A DNA stretch of 59,915 nucleotides from Acholeplasma sp. (GCA_036677365.1 JAVBWN010000009.1:1-59915); one strand, 5' to 3'. Numbered from the stretch's first letter, positions 27,455 through 38,009 are shown. The notes: generated from the letters alone by a model not told the origin. Program-made: numbers and translations.

Positions 27455-28297
27455 ATGGGAGCATGGGGTACAGGATTATATTCAGATGATATCGCACAAG
27501 ATGTTAAATTTTTATACAAAGAATTATTAATGGTAGGATTATCAAATGAAGAAGCGACCCAAAAACTAATCAAAGATAGCCAATGGTTGATCAATGATAT
27601 GTATGATGGTCCTGTGTTTTGGTTTGTTTTAGCGGATACACAATGGAAATTAGGTAGATTACTACCTGAAGTTAAAGAAAAAGCAGTGAAATACATTCAG
27701 GACGGAGAACATCTAAAAATATGGTTAGAAGAAAATCCTAAATTAGGATTAAAGAGAAAAGAAGTCTTGGATAAATTAGTAAATCAACTGAACTCTCCAA
27801 TGCCAGAAAAGAAGAAGATATCTCCTTATAAATACTACCGAAATGATTGGAAGTTGGGCGATACATACGCATACCAGTTAAGTGGAGATTTCGCTAAAGA
27901 AAACGGTCTTGATGGTAGATATATTATCATTCATAAAATCGGTGATCATGATTTTAATAAAGGAATGGATAAGGATGTTTTTCCTATTGTTTATATGAAA
28001 ATCACACCAGATAAGAATCTTCCGAAGAATGTCAATGAAATAGAAGCATGTGATTATATTAGAATTGATCGAAACTTTGACGATAAAAAGTTTGAGTATA
28101 GATCGTTTCTTTGGGAAACATCCAATAGATTCTACAATCATTTGATTTACCTTGGTAATTATTCTATTACACCACCGAATGATGAATGTACAACGAGATA
28201 TTATGGATTAATTTCAACTAAGCTATCTGATTATCGAAATAAAGAAATCCGTATAAAGAATTACTTTGAAAACAAGGATTATACATTTGGGAATTGA
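27455..28297 (+). CDS. DUF4259-like N-domain plus Imm26-like C-domain (candidate immunity protein)
   Basis: MGAWGTGLYSDDIAQD start; FWFVLADTQWKLG; WKLGDTYAYQL. Confidence 0.65.
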   Translation: MGAWGTGLYSDDIAQDVKFLYKELLMVGLSNEEATQKLIKDSQWLINDMYDGPVFWFVLADTQWKLGRLLPEVKEKAVKYIQDGEHLKIWLEENPKLGLKRKEVLDKLVNQLNSPMPEKKKISPYKYYRNDWKLGDTYAYQLSGDFAKENGLDGRYIIIHKIGDHDFNKGMDKDVFPIVYMKITPDKNLPKNVNEIEACDYIRIDRNFDDKKFEYRSFLWETSNRFYNHLIYLGNYSITPPNDECTTRYYGLISTKLSDYRNKEIRIKNYFENKDYTFGN

Positions 28298-28470
28298 ATA
28301 TTTATGTGTTCTTAATAAAAGATGTGATTATCTAATTTACTAAGAATTTTAACCATAAAAGATTTAATATATCTATTTTTTAAAATTGAAGATAGTTAAT
28401 GGAAACATTGATAGACTAACATATTAAAACGTTATAACCTTATTTAAGACTTTCATACTAAAAAAACTAT

Positions 28471-28494
28471 AAAACGGCTTTTTTAAGCCGTTTT
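28471..28494. repeat. Second copy of the ssrA-downstream hairpin
   Basis: AAAACGGCTT-tttt-AAGCCGTTTTATT is nearly identical to 28986-29012, including flanks. Confidence 0.7.
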
Positions 28495-28627
28495 ATTCTT
28501 TTTGCGAAGATTAAGTAGTTTGAATACGAATGAGAAACACAATTATTATTGTTATTATGTGGGTGATGATTTTATTTGATATTTTTATATTTTAAATATT
28601 TTTATGTAAGTATTTCTTTTAAAAATT

Positions 28628-28646
28628 AAGGCCAAAACAAGGCCAA
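28628..28646 (+). repeat. Tandem 11-bp-period repeat AAGGCCAA (integrase arm-type-like)
   Basis: AAGGCCAA at 28628 and 28639. Confidence 0.45.
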
Positions 28647-28922
28647 GTTGCACTAATCTTGAAAGATCCATTAATTAATTTACTCCTTAAACAACAGTGT
28701 ACAGGAACAATACTAGCTAGTATTGATAAAAAATCATTTTTAGATATCCGTTTGCCTGTAATAAAAAGTGATTATTTAAGTGAAATAAAAAGCAACTATA
28801 AATTAGCTGATTCTTTATATATATAATCACAAAAACTATTAGATAAATTGATTGTTATTATTGATGATTCTATAGAGTTATGTGAATCGGACGTCGAAAA
28901 AAGATTGGATTCGCTTCTATAG
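28647..28922 (+). pseudogene. C-terminal remnant of a type I R-M specificity subunit (HsdS-like)
   Basis: LLLKQQCTGTILASIDKKSFLDIRLPVI...*SQKLLDKL...SIE; in-frame TAA at 28824; no start. Confidence 0.6.
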
Positions 28923-28985
28923 CTTTGAGTATTGATTTTTGTGATAATTAAGTCTTTTTTAAGTATATCGCCTATAAAAAATATT

Positions 28986-29009
28986 AAAACGGCTTAGTTA
29001 AGCCGTTTT
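28986..29009 (-). terminator. tmRNA terminator hairpin
   Basis: AAAACGGCTT-agtt-AAGCCGTTTT, about 10 nt past the ssrA CCA. Confidence 0.75.
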
Positions 29010-29018
29010 ATTTCGTCT

Positions 29019-29366
29019 TGGTGGAGATGAGGGGAGTCGAACCCCTGTGCATGATTTTTCCTGTGATACTTTCTACATGTTTAGTCAATCCGTTATATTC
29101 ATCCAGCAATCATAGATTGACATATTATCACTAGACTAACCTTATTGATTCATTTGATTGCTTAAGGTGGCAACAACCAAATATATCTTACTGTTTTGTG
29201 CCTTAGACTAAGTCGTAAGAAAACCTAGCGTTGGCTCGCACTTTTTCTTAAGCAGCGAATTGTAAATTTTGGTTTCCGGTTATTAATAACCTCGGTGTTT
29301 TTACTTGCACAACCAAGACATGCTTATATCACATTTAAAACCCTGACGAATCCAGAGAACATCCCC
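29019..29366 (-). ncRNA. ssrA: tmRNA; tag peptide (A)GNQNLQFAA* at 29277-29248
   Basis: 5' GGGGATG, 3' GGTTCGACTCCCCTCATCTCCACCA tRNA-Ala-like end; ATAACC|GGA resume context; tag ends in FAA. Confidence 0.95.
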
Positions 29367-29376
29367 ATGCGCAATC

Positions 29377-29405
29377 ATTATATAAGAATTGATTAAGTAA
29401 ATCAA
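29377..29405 (-). promoter_or_regulatory. ssrA promoter
   Basis: TTGATT-N17-TATAAT on the minus strand, 10 nt upstream of the mature 5' end. Confidence 0.65.
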
Positions 29406-29420
29406 GAATAAATAACCAAT

Positions 29421-30134
29421 CTATTCAGATTGTTTGAGTTTAGCAACCCTAGAGTATTTAGGGTTATCCCCATAGCGAATCAAATAATCACTTGCACTTT
29501 GGATATTACAACTGTTTCTGTCAACCAAAGGCATCACATAACCAATATGGTCAGCCACCTCAATTGAAAGAGAAACCAAATCAGGCACATGTAAACCGGC
29601 CATGACAACGGCGTTATTCATCGCGTTTTGAATGGTTAATGGTTGGGTTTGGATGGTCTCACGAATGCGGTTTAACAACAGGATACTCAAACTGATATCG
29701 ATCTCATTGAGCGGAGCTGTTCTAAAATAGCTCGATAATAAAGCGAAACAAGCATAGGCTAAATGTTCATCGGTAGATTTCGATAAATCCTTTAGACTGA
29801 TTGAATAATCCTTGAGTTCAAAAAAGAAATTCGATATACCTTGATCGATGATAGGGCTCGAATGGGCTTTCAAACACCAGTCTAATAAACGGGATTGGTC
29901 ATACGTTTTTGGATCAACAATCATGGTTGCTAATAACATGGATTCATAGTAATTCAAATCGAACAACGCCATAGCCAAAGCGTTGTTTTTTGGTAGTTTC
30001 GATGCGTATTGTCTCAAATCACCCATTTTTATACCGATGTATTGAAAAGGTTTGGGTTGCTTAGATAGTCTTTTAAAAGTGCCTTCATCTTTCATGGCGA
30101 ACAAGTCATTGAGTATTTGGTTTAGATCGTTCAA
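29421..30134 (-). CDS. DNA alkylation repair protein (AlkD-like)
   Basis: IGIKMGDLRQYA, LAMALF...YESMLLATMI, QNAMNNAV; TTG start after AGGAG. Confidence 0.75.
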   Translation of the reverse strand: MNDLNQILNDLFAMKDEGTFKRLSKQPKPFQYIGIKMGDLRQYASKLPKNNALAMALFDLNYYESMLLATMIVDPKTYDQSRLLDWCLKAHSSPIIDQGISNFFFELKDYSISLKDLSKSTDEHLAYACFALLSSYFRTAPLNEIDISLSILLLNRIRETIQTQPLTIQNAMNNAVVMAGLHVPDLVSLSIEVADHIGYVMPLVDRNSCNIQSASDYLIRYGDNPKYSRVAKLKQSE

Positions 30135-30395
30135 AGTACCACTCCTAACTAACCACATCATATCATAAAAACAATCGAATTCAGGATATAAAGGTTGGAT
30201 TTTATGAGGGGATGTATATAATTTTTTGTTTTTGGGTTGACAATGAAACACATTACTATATAATAGTATTGACTTAGGTTTATTATTGCTTAACCCAAAG
30301 TTTATATATACTAAACATTGGCGGAATGACTGACCTATCGGTTTAGGGTTATTCTTGTTAATGAAAAACGGATAACGTCTTATTGGGGGTATTGT

Positions 30396-31454
30396 ATGAA
30401 AAAATTGATTGAATTGAAAGGTATCACCAAGGCGTTTGGTGGTCAAGTGGTACTAAAGGGCATCGACTTGGACATCTATGAAAACGAATTTGTTACCCTC
30501 TTAGGTCCATCCGGTTGTGGAAAAACAACCACACTTCGCATCATTGGTGGGTTTGAAAAACCGTCTTCCGGTGAAGTGCTATTTAATGGCGAATCTGTGG
30601 CGGATTTACCACCACACAAAAGACCAACCAATACGGTCTTTCAACGCTATGCATTGTTTCCCCATTTAGATGTGTATGAAAATGTTGCGTTCGGATTGAG
30701 ATTAAAAAAAGAATATCAAAAAATGCCTTCCAAAGCACGGGAAGCTTTGATTGAACAAAAAGTATCCAAATACCTTCAAATGGTTGGTTTGGTTGGCTAT
30801 GAAAACAGAAGTGTCCATAAAATGTCAGGGGGTCAACAACAAAGGGTCGCGATTGCGAGGGCTTTGATCAATGAACCCCAAGTATTATTACTCGATGAAC
30901 CACTCGCTGCACTCGATTTAAAGCTCCGCCAGGAGATGCAATATGAGCTTAAAGAAATCCAACGCAATGCGGGTATTACTTTTATATTTGTTACCCATGA
31001 CCAAGAAGAAGCGCTCACGATGAGCGACAAAATCGTGGTCATGAATGAGGGTGAAATCCTTCAAGTAGGCACACCAGAAGATATCTACAATGAACCAAGC
31101 AGTCGATTTGTTGCGGGATTCATCGGTGAATCGAACATCATCGAAGGCATCATGAAAGATGACTATTTGGTTCACTTTGATGGTAAAGATTATGTTTGTG
31201 TTGACTATGGATTCAAAAAGAATGAAGTGGTCGACATTGTCTTAAGACCAGAGGATTTAGATATTGTCGAACCAGGCCAAGGTTTCATTGAAGGCATTGT
31301 AGATTCCATCATTTTCAAAGGTGTTCATTATGAGATTGATGTGAAAACACCAGAACGTATATACACGATTCATACCATTAAGTACCACGCGGAAGGGTCA
31401 CAGGTATCCATCGTATTCGATAAAGAAGATGTCCACGTGATGGAAAAATGGTAA
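30396..31454 (+). CDS. potA: Spermidine/putrescine ABC transporter ATPase
   Basis: [36 protein letters not shown] tail. Confidence 0.93.
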   Translation: MKKLIELKGITKAFGGQVVLKGIDLDIYENEFVTLLGPSGCGKTTTLRIIGGFEKPSSGEVLFNGESVADLPPHKRPTNTVFQRYALFPHLDVYENVAFGLRLKKEYQKMPSKAREALIEQKVSKYLQMVGLVGYENRSVHKMSGGQQQRVAIARALINEPQVLLLDEPLAALDLKLRQEMQYELKEIQRNAGITFIFVTHDQEEALTMSDKIVVMNEGEILQVGTPEDIYNEPSSRFVAGFIGESNIIEGIMKDDYLVHFDGKDYVCVDYGFKKNEVVDIVLRPEDLDIVEPGQGFIEGIVDSIIFKGVHYEIDVKTPERIYTIHTIKYHAEGSQVSIVFDKEDVHVMEKW

Positions 31455-32278
31455 GCATGAAAAAAGCAATACCATTGAAGAATAAACTCAGTCTAAGGGA
31501 CTTAAACCTAATGGGTAGCCCTTATTATGTGGTGTTATTCTTCCTCATCCTCATTCCGCTCATATTGATCTTATTTTACGCGTTTTCAGAACGCGTTAAT
31601 GACTTATTTATTTCTTTTTCATTCAAGTATTTCGGCCAGTTTTTAAATGAACCAGCTTTCATTAAAACCATGTTGGATTCAATCAAACTTGCCATATATA
31701 CCACGTTGGTTACGTTGTTTATTGGGTATCCAACCGCATATTTGATTACCAAATCGAATAAGAAAACACAAACATTACTGATTCTCATGATTACCGCACC
31801 GATGTGGGTCAATATGTTGTTAAGGACCCTCGCTTGGAAACAAATCTTTGAAATGCTAAATGCATCGTTGTTGGGTACGGATATCGCCATCATTACCGGG
31901 ATGGTGTATGTATTTTTACCATTCATGGTATTACCGATTTATACCGTTTTGTCCAAGATTGATCCAAAACTCTATGAAGCTGCGGATGATTTGGGTGCGA
32001 ATAAGTTTCAAACATTTTTAAAAGTTACCTTACCATTATCGATTACAGGTGTCTTATCAGGCATCACGATGGTATTACTCCCAGCAGCAACCACTTTAGT
32101 CATCCCTAAATATTTGGGTAAAAACCGATATTTGATCGGCAATCTCATCGAAGACCGTTTCCTCACTGCAGGTAACTGGGGCTATGGTTCAGCCATCGCC
32201 ATCATCCTATCGGTGGTCATCATGGCGATGGTCATCTTCACCAAGAAACTCGATCGAAATAAGGGGGCTAAAGAATGA
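31448..32278 (+). CDS. potB: Spermidine/putrescine ABC permease
   Basis: [27 protein letters not shown]. Confidence 0.9.
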   Translation: MVSMKKAIPLKNKLSLRDLNLMGSPYYVVLFFLILIPLILILFYAFSERVNDLFISFSFKYFGQFLNEPAFIKTMLDSIKLAIYTTLVTLFIGYPTAYLITKSNKKTQTLLILMITAPMWVNMLLRTLAWKQIFEMLNASLLGTDIAIITGMVYVFLPFMVLPIYTVLSKIDPKLYEAADDLGANKFQTFLKVTLPLSITGVLSGITMVLLPAATTLVIPKYLGKNRYLIGNLIEDRFLTAGNWGYGSAIAIILSVVIMAMVIFTKKLDRNKGAKE

Positions 32279-33060
32279 AATCCCTTAAAAAATGGATATC
32301 CAAATCGTATATTGGGATCATCCTCGCGTTTTGTTACGCACCGATTTTATCACTAATCATTTTTTCTTTTAATGAGAATAAGAGTTTGACCAATTGGGGT
32401 GGATTTTCACTCAAATGGTATGAAAAATTATTCGATTCAACCGACATCATGACCGCGGTCATCATGACATTGGTTATCGCGATTCTCGCAACTCTGATTT
32501 CAGTATTCATCGGAACCCTCGCAGCGATTTCACTGTCGAAATCGAAAAAGGTATTTAAAGATGTGATGCTTGGGGTCAATAACGTGCCTATCGTTAACCC
32601 AGAAATTGTCACAGCCGTGGGGTTATTGTTACTATTTGTTTCTTTCCAAATTGACCGTGGTTACACGACCATGTTGCTAGCCCATGTGGCGTTTTGTACC
32701 CCATATGTCGTGATTACAGTTTATCCAAAGGTTAAAAGTTTGGATCCTAACCTCGCGGAAGCAGCGAACGATTTGGGGGCGACCCCAGTTCAAGCTTTAT
32801 GGTTGGTGGTATTCCCACAAATCAAGGTCGCGATATTCGCGGCTGCTGCGATTGCGTTTACGATGAGTTTTGATGATTTTGTTATTTCGTACTTTACCGC
32901 TGGGTCGGCTACCAACATCAGTATTTACTTATATACGCTCAGACGTGGGGTTGAACCAACGATCAATGCGTTATCTACCATCATCATCGTCATCATTGGC
33001 GTGGTGGTGACTTATCGATATTTGAAATCGAACCAAAACAACGAACAGGAGATTGAATAA
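32275..33060 (+). CDS. potC: Spermidine/putrescine ABC permease
   Basis: IIFSFN, PEIVTAV, EAANDLGA, SFDDFVIS. Confidence 0.9.
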   Translation: MKSLKKWISKSYIGIILAFCYAPILSLIIFSFNENKSLTNWGGFSLKWYEKLFDSTDIMTAVIMTLVIAILATLISVFIGTLAAISLSKSKKVFKDVMLGVNNVPIVNPEIVTAVGLLLLFVSFQIDRGYTTMLLAHVAFCTPYVVITVYPKVKSLDPNLAEAANDLGATPVQALWLVVFPQIKVAIFAAAAIAFTMSFDDFVISYFTAGSATNISIYLYTLRRGVEPTINALSTIIIVIIGVVVTYRYLKSNQNNEQEIE

Positions 33061-33061
33061 C

Positions 33062-34138
33062 ATGAAAAAAACATTGGCTTTAGCTTTACTCACGTTGGTG
33101 AGTGTGACTTTGTCTGGTTGTGGTGTGGTCAGAAGCATCACCTGCATCAACAAAGATAAACTGAATTTATTTAACTGGGGCGAATACATTGACCCAGCCA
33201 TTTTAAGGGGATTTGAAGAGGAAAACAACGTCTGTGTGACGATGTCTACTTTCGCATCCAATGAATCAGCCATCACCAAAATGAAAACACAAGCGTTTGA
33301 TTTGGTGATCCCTTCCGATTACGCGATTGAACAAATGGTTCAAGAAGACCTCATCCAAACGTTGGATTGGTCAAAGATTGAAAACTTCAATCCGAACACC
33401 GATTTAGCACCAGGGTTGGTATCGATTTTAAATGCATTAGAATTTGATTTACTCGATTATGGTGTCCCTTATTTTTGGGGGAATGTTGGTATTTTATACA
33501 ATAAAGATGTCGTATCCCAAAGTGAACTTGAAGCCCAAGAGTGGGATATATTCAAGTCATCCTCCTATGAAATTGCTTTTTATGATTCAGCTCGAGATGG
33601 CTTTATGGTGGCTTTAAAGAGTTTAGGGTATTCGATGAATACATCGACTCAAACCGAACTCAATGAAGCGGAAAACTGGTTGATGGACTTAGCCAATAAC
33701 AACAATGTGGTATTCTTAACCGATGAAATTTTGGATGATATGGTCTCACTTACTTACGATGTAGCACTCACCTATTCAGGCGATGCCATATATCTCATGA
33801 GTGAACAAGACAAACTTGATTTCTTCGTACCGAACAGTGGAACAAACGTTTGGGTCGATGCGTTGGTCATTCCGAAGAATGCGAAAAATGTCGATTTGGC
33901 TTACGCATTCATCAATTATGTGCTAACTGCAGAATCAGCAACCCTCAACACCGAATATGTCATGTATTCCAGTCCAAGAAAAGATGTCTATGAAGCGATG
34001 ATTTCGGAAAGCTCAGATTTCTACGAATACCGTAATGCGTATAATGTTGTGATCCACACGAACGATGAAGTGTTCCGTTATGTACCAACGACCAAAGCAT
34101 TCATTTCAGATGCTTGGGCGAGAATTCGTGCATTGTAA
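33062..34138 (+). CDS. potD: Spermidine/putrescine-binding lipoprotein
   Basis: Lipobox LSGC, NWGEYID, PSDYAI, PYFWGNVG, WVDALVIP. Confidence 0.9.
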   Translation: MKKTLALALLTLVSVTLSGCGVVRSITCINKDKLNLFNWGEYIDPAILRGFEEENNVCVTMSTFASNESAITKMKTQAFDLVIPSDYAIEQMVQEDLIQTLDWSKIENFNPNTDLAPGLVSILNALEFDLLDYGVPYFWGNVGILYNKDVVSQSELEAQEWDIFKSSSYEIAFYDSARDGFMVALKSLGYSMNTSTQTELNEAENWLMDLANNNNVVFLTDEILDDMVSLTYDVALTYSGDAIYLMSEQDKLDFFVPNSGTNVWVDALVIPKNAKNVDLAYAFINYVLTAESATLNTEYVMYSSPRKDVYEAMISESSDFYEYRNAYNVVIHTNDEVFRYVPTTKAFISDAWARIRAL

Positions 34139-34152
34139 TAGATAAAGCCTAT

Positions 34153-34182
34153 AGGATGTCACTTTAGTGACGTCCTTTTTTA
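34153..34182 (+). terminator. Intrinsic terminator
   Basis: AGGATGTCAC-ttta-GTGACGTCCTTTTTT. Confidence 0.75.
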
Positions 34183-34241
34183 TTAAAGAATTTAATAATT
34201 CCCTTTCTTATGGTAAAATGGAAAAGAATTGAGGTTTACTT

Positions 34242-34610
34242 ATGCAAACAAGACACGAAATTAGAATTGAAACCATGACATTTTTATACCAACAAGACCT
34301 CCGTGGGGATATTGTTGTTGAACCATTTAAAGAATCCTATGATTTGTACCACGCGGTTTTAGCCCATTTAGCTGAAATTGACCAATTGATCAAAGATACC
34401 TTGGTCAACTACACCATCGAACGATTGTCCTTTGTTGACCGCGCCATCATCAGGCTCGCTGTATATGAAATGATGTATACCGATACACCAAAACCAATCG
34501 TCATCAATGAAGCCATAAAACTCACCAAAGCTTACTCTAATTTAGAAGATGAAAAACAATCCGCTTTTACCAACCGCTTACTAGACAACATCTCCAAACG
34601 ACTCGGGTGA
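34242..34610 (+). CDS. nusB: Transcription antitermination factor
   Basis: RLSFVDRAIIRLAVYEM, VINEAIKL, FTNRLLD. Confidence 0.93.
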   Translation: MQTRHEIRIETMTFLYQQDLRGDIVVEPFKESYDLYHAVLAHLAEIDQLIKDTLVNYTIERLSFVDRAIIRLAVYEMMYTDTPKPIVINEAIKLTKAYSNLEDEKQSAFTNRLLDNISKRLG

Positions 34611-34614
34611 TACC

Positions 34615-35964
34615 ATGCAAGACGTTAGATACCTAACGGTTTCCGCGTTAACCAAATACATTAAGCAAATCCTTGAAAACGATAAGCACTTAGGCCAAAT
34701 CTATATCAAGGGTGAAATCTCGAATTTGACCAAACATAGCCGTGGTCATTTTTACTTTACACTCAAAGACGAGTCCGCTCAAATTCGCGTGACGATGTTT
34801 TCAAACTACGTCAAGAATTTAGTGTTTAGTCCTAAAGATGGCGACAAAGTCAGACTCTTTGGTTCGATGAGCGTGTATGAAGCTGGTGGGTCTTACGCCA
34901 TCAATGCGTATACCATGGAACAAGATGGTATTGGCAGTTTGTATCTCGCTTATGAAAAGCTCAAAAGAGAACTGCAAGACAAAGGCTATTTTGACGCCAT
35001 AAGAAAAAAAACCATTCCCGCTTATCCAAAAGCCATCGGGGTCATTACATCACCAACCGGGGCGGCCATTCGAGACATCATTCATACCATTGAAAGACGT
35101 TATCCAACCACTAGACTTTATTTATACCCAGCCTTGGTTCAAGGCGAAGAAGCGAAATATTCGATTGAAAAACAAATCAAACAAGCCAACCAAGATGGCT
35201 TAGTCGATGTCCTCATTGTGGGTCGTGGCGGTGGGTCGATTGAAGACCTGTGGGCATTCAATGAAATGCCAGTCATCGAAGCGATTTATCGTTCAGAGAT
35301 ACCCATCATTTCAGCGGTTGGGCACGAAACAGATTTTACCTTGGCTGATTTTGTATCCGACTTAAGGGCACCCACCCCTACCGCAGCAGGTGAACTCGCT
35401 ACGCCAAGCAAAGACAATTTATTAGAAACGGTCTTAGGGTATCAACGCGGCTTACAAGTCTATATTCAAAAATACCTCGAACAACAAAAAACGACCCTCA
35501 TTCATTTGGATGAACGCTTGATGGTGAATGCACCAGAAGCGCTCATCAAGCAATTGAAAGACCGGTATACGGTTTCGCAAGAAAACCTCAACAAAACCAT
35601 GAATCAACTGCTGATGCATAAAAGAAATCAAGCACAGATGTTGGCTCAACGCGTCACGTCGTTTGATGTGGTCGCTTTGGTCCAATACAAAAAAGAGAAA
35701 AATGCTTACTTGGTCAGTCAATTAGAGAGTCATTACGAACGCATCATCTCCAAAAAAGACGATCATTTTCAACGGTTATTACAAGCGTTGAAACACCAAA
35801 ATCCACTCACATTGATGGATAAAGGCTATACCTATACAACGAAAAATCAAAAACGCATCGAATCGATCGATGATATCGATATCAATGACACCATCGAAAC
35901 CACACTCAAAGATGGAAAACTCACCTCCGTGGTGAAACACAAGGAGACACACACATGGAAATGA
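34615..35964 (+). CDS. xseA: Exodeoxyribonuclease VII large subunit
   Basis: GEISN, GHFYFTLKD, RGGGSIEDLWAFN, GHETD, RAPTPT. Confidence 0.96.
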   Translation: MQDVRYLTVSALTKYIKQILENDKHLGQIYIKGEISNLTKHSRGHFYFTLKDESAQIRVTMFSNYVKNLVFSPKDGDKVRLFGSMSVYEAGGSYAINAYTMEQDGIGSLYLAYEKLKRELQDKGYFDAIRKKTIPAYPKAIGVITSPTGAAIRDIIHTIERRYPTTRLYLYPALVQGEEAKYSIEKQIKQANQDGLVDVLIVGRGGGSIEDLWAFNEMPVIEAIYRSEIPIISAVGHETDFTLADFVSDLRAPTPTAAGELATPSKDNLLETVLGYQRGLQVYIQKYLEQQKTTLIHLDERLMVNAPEALIKQLKDRYTVSQENLNKTMNQLLMHKRNQAQMLAQRVTSFDVVALVQYKKEKNAYLVSQLESHYERIISKKDDHFQRLLQALKHQNPLTLMDKGYTYTTKNQKRIESIDDIDINDTIETTLKDGKLTSVVKHKETHTWK

Positions 35965-36164
35965 CATTTGAACAAGCCATTCAAGCGTTAGAAAAAACCG
36001 TTAAAGCGCTTGAGAACAAGGACATCGCATTAGATGAAGCTGTCCGTTTATACAATGAAGGACTCAAGCTTTCTAAAATTTGTTATGAATTATTAACAGC
36101 ATCCGAAAAATTGGTGGTTAAAACCATCACGCCCAATGGTAGTGAGGATTTTAAACTAGAATAA
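35955..36164 (+). CDS. xseB: Exodeoxyribonuclease VII small subunit
   Basis: TFEQAIQALE...LDEAVRLYNEGLKL. Confidence 0.93.
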   Translation: MEMTFEQAIQALEKTVKALENKDIALDEAVRLYNEGLKLSKICYELLTASEKLVVKTITPNGSEDFKLE

Positions 36165-36173
36165 GAGGTTTTT

Positions 36174-38009
36174 ATGCAGCTAAAAGACATCAAAGACCCA
36201 AAAGACATTAAAAACTTATCCATCAAAGAACTCGAAGTCTTGTCTCAAGACATTCGTCATTTTTTGGTCGATTCGATCAGTAAAACCGGTGGACACCTCG
36301 CTTCTAATTTAGGGGCGGTTGAGTTATCCATCGCTTTACACTATGTCTTTGAGTCACCCAAGGACCAGTTCATCTTTGACGTTGGACACCAATCCTATAC
36401 CCATAAAATTTTAACGGGCAGAGCCCACCTGTTCGATACCTTGAGACAACATCAGGGTCTTTCAGGTTATATCAACTACCTAGAATCGATCCATGATGTT
36501 TGGGAATCAGGACATGCGGGTACGGCTGTATCTGCACTCCATGGGGTCTTAAAAGCCAAACAATTGAAAGGTGAAGAAGGTACTGCCATCGCGCTGGTTG
36601 GTGATGGTTCTATCACCTCAGGGATGAGTTTTGAAGCCCTCAATTTATTGGGTTCAGACCCAACCCTCAAAGGGATTGTTATTTTAAATGATAACAACAT
36701 GTCGATTTCTAAAAACGTTGGTGCGCTATCTAAAGTATTGACCCTCCTTCGAGGCAATCGTTTCTTGATGAAACTAAGAAACGGAATCGCGAGAATTACA
36801 CCCAATCTATTGGTTCGAATCTACCGTCGATTCAAACGTATGATTAAAGCATTTTTCCAATCCGGCAACGTTTTTGAAGAACTCGGCTATGTCTATATTG
36901 GCCCGATCGATGGAAATGATTTAAAAACCGTCATCAAAACATTAAAACAAGCGCAGAAAATGAAAAAAAGCGTTGTTATCCACGCTGTCACCGAAAAAGG
37001 TAAAGGCTATGAAGTCGCCTCCACCGACAACGATGGTAAATTCCACGGGGTTGGGTCATTTGATAAAAATACTGGAGCACCGACCAAAATCAATCACCAA
37101 GGGATGAAATCTTTCTCTGAAGTGATGTCAACAGCGATGATCGCGTATCAATCGATCCAAAAGACGTTTGTTGTGATGCCAGCGATGTTGGTCGGTACTA
37201 AATTTGAAACGTTTTATCAACAATACCCAGACCGTTTGATCGATGTCGGGATTGCTGAAGAACATGCGGCGACCATGGCATCCGCGTTATCCCGTAATGG
37301 GGTATCGGTATTTTTACCGCTATACGCTACGTTTAGCCAACGCGCCTATGACCAAATCATGAATGACATCGCGAGAAGTGATACCAAAGTCGTCTTTGGT
37401 ATCGACCGTGCTGGGTTTGTTGGTGACGATGGGTCCACGCACCAAGGGTTATACGACGTTTCGATGTTCCATTCAATGCCCAATGTGGTCATTACCATGC
37501 CATATGATGCGAAAGAAGCCTTTGATTTATTACATTATGGGTTTAGTCAATCACACCCATTTGTCATCCGTTACCCGAGATTAGAAACCCCATTTGACTA
37601 TAACCATTTGCCTGCCTTTGATACGATTACGCCAACTTGGACGATTTTAAGTGAAGGCGTATCTCAAGTATGGATTTCTTATGGACCAGGGTTAGATTTA
37701 CTACTAAAAGCGAAAGATACCTTACAAGCGGATGCGAAAATTGTCAATGCCAGATTCATCCGTCCAATGGATATCGATACATTAAAAACGATTCTTGATT
37801 TAGATGTGCCTGTGTTTGTGTATGAAGAAGCGTTCGCTTCAGGGACACTATATCATCATATTTTAGAATTCATGGCTTTACATAACTACCATCAAACCAT
37901 CCGTCATATGTCGGTTAAAGACATCATCCATCATGGTTCTAGAGAACACAATCAAAGAGATGCGAAAGTGGACTTTGATTCGTTGATTGAGGCACTAAAA
38001 AACCTATGA
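36174..38009 (+). CDS. dxs: 1-deoxy-D-xylulose-5-phosphate synthase
   Basis: GGHLASNLG, DVGHQSY, GDG...LNDN, DRAG.VGDDGSTHQG. Confidence 0.96.
   Translation: MQLKDIKDPKDIKNLSIKELEVLSQDIRHFLVDSISKTGGHLASNLGAVELSIALHYVFESPKDQFIFDVGHQSYTHKILTGRAHLFDTLRQHQGLSGYINYLESIHDVWESGHAGTAVSALHGVLKAKQLKGEEGTAIALVGDGSITSGMSFEALNLLGSDPTLKGIVILNDNNMSISKNVGALSKVLTLLRGNRFLMKLRNGIARITPNLLVRIYRRFKRMIKAFFQSGNVFEELGYVYIGPIDGNDLKTVIKTLKQAQKMKKSVVIHAVTEKGKGYEVASTDNDGKFHGVGSFDKNTGAPTKINHQGMKSFSEVMSTAMIAYQSIQKTFVVMPAMLVGTKFETFYQQYPDRLIDVGIAEEHAATMASALSRNGVSVFLPLYATFSQRAYDQIMNDIARSDTKVVFGIDRAGFVGDDGSTHQGLYDVSMFHSMPNVVITMPYDAKEAFDLLHYGFSQSHPFVIRYPRLETPFDYNHLPAFDTITPTWTILSEGVSQVWISYGPGLDLLLKAKDTLQADAKIVNARFIRPMDIDTLKTILDLDVPVFVYEEAFASGTLYHHILEFMALHNYHQTIRHMSVKDIIHHGSREHNQRDAKVDFDSLIEALKNL

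Larger units (their letters stand above)
21401..29010. mobile_element. AT-rich genomic island/integration scar at the ssrA 3' end (toxin-stub/immunity cassette array); no integrase present
   Basis: Abrupt shift to more AT-rich sequence and codon usage, orphan + strand genes, pseudogenes, adjacency to the tmRNA 3' end. Confidence 0.7.

Noticed and set aside
30260..30395. Long potA leader as a possible riboswitch
   Set aside because: No recognisable aptamer consensus or terminator/antiterminator by eye; would need an Infernal/Rfam scan
30135..30446. Long N-terminal extensions in the ORF track (29421-30446, 13799-14935, 58056-59420, 3022-3738, 11115-12332)
   Set aside because: They overlap neighbouring genes or promoters; family homology and RBS position support later starts
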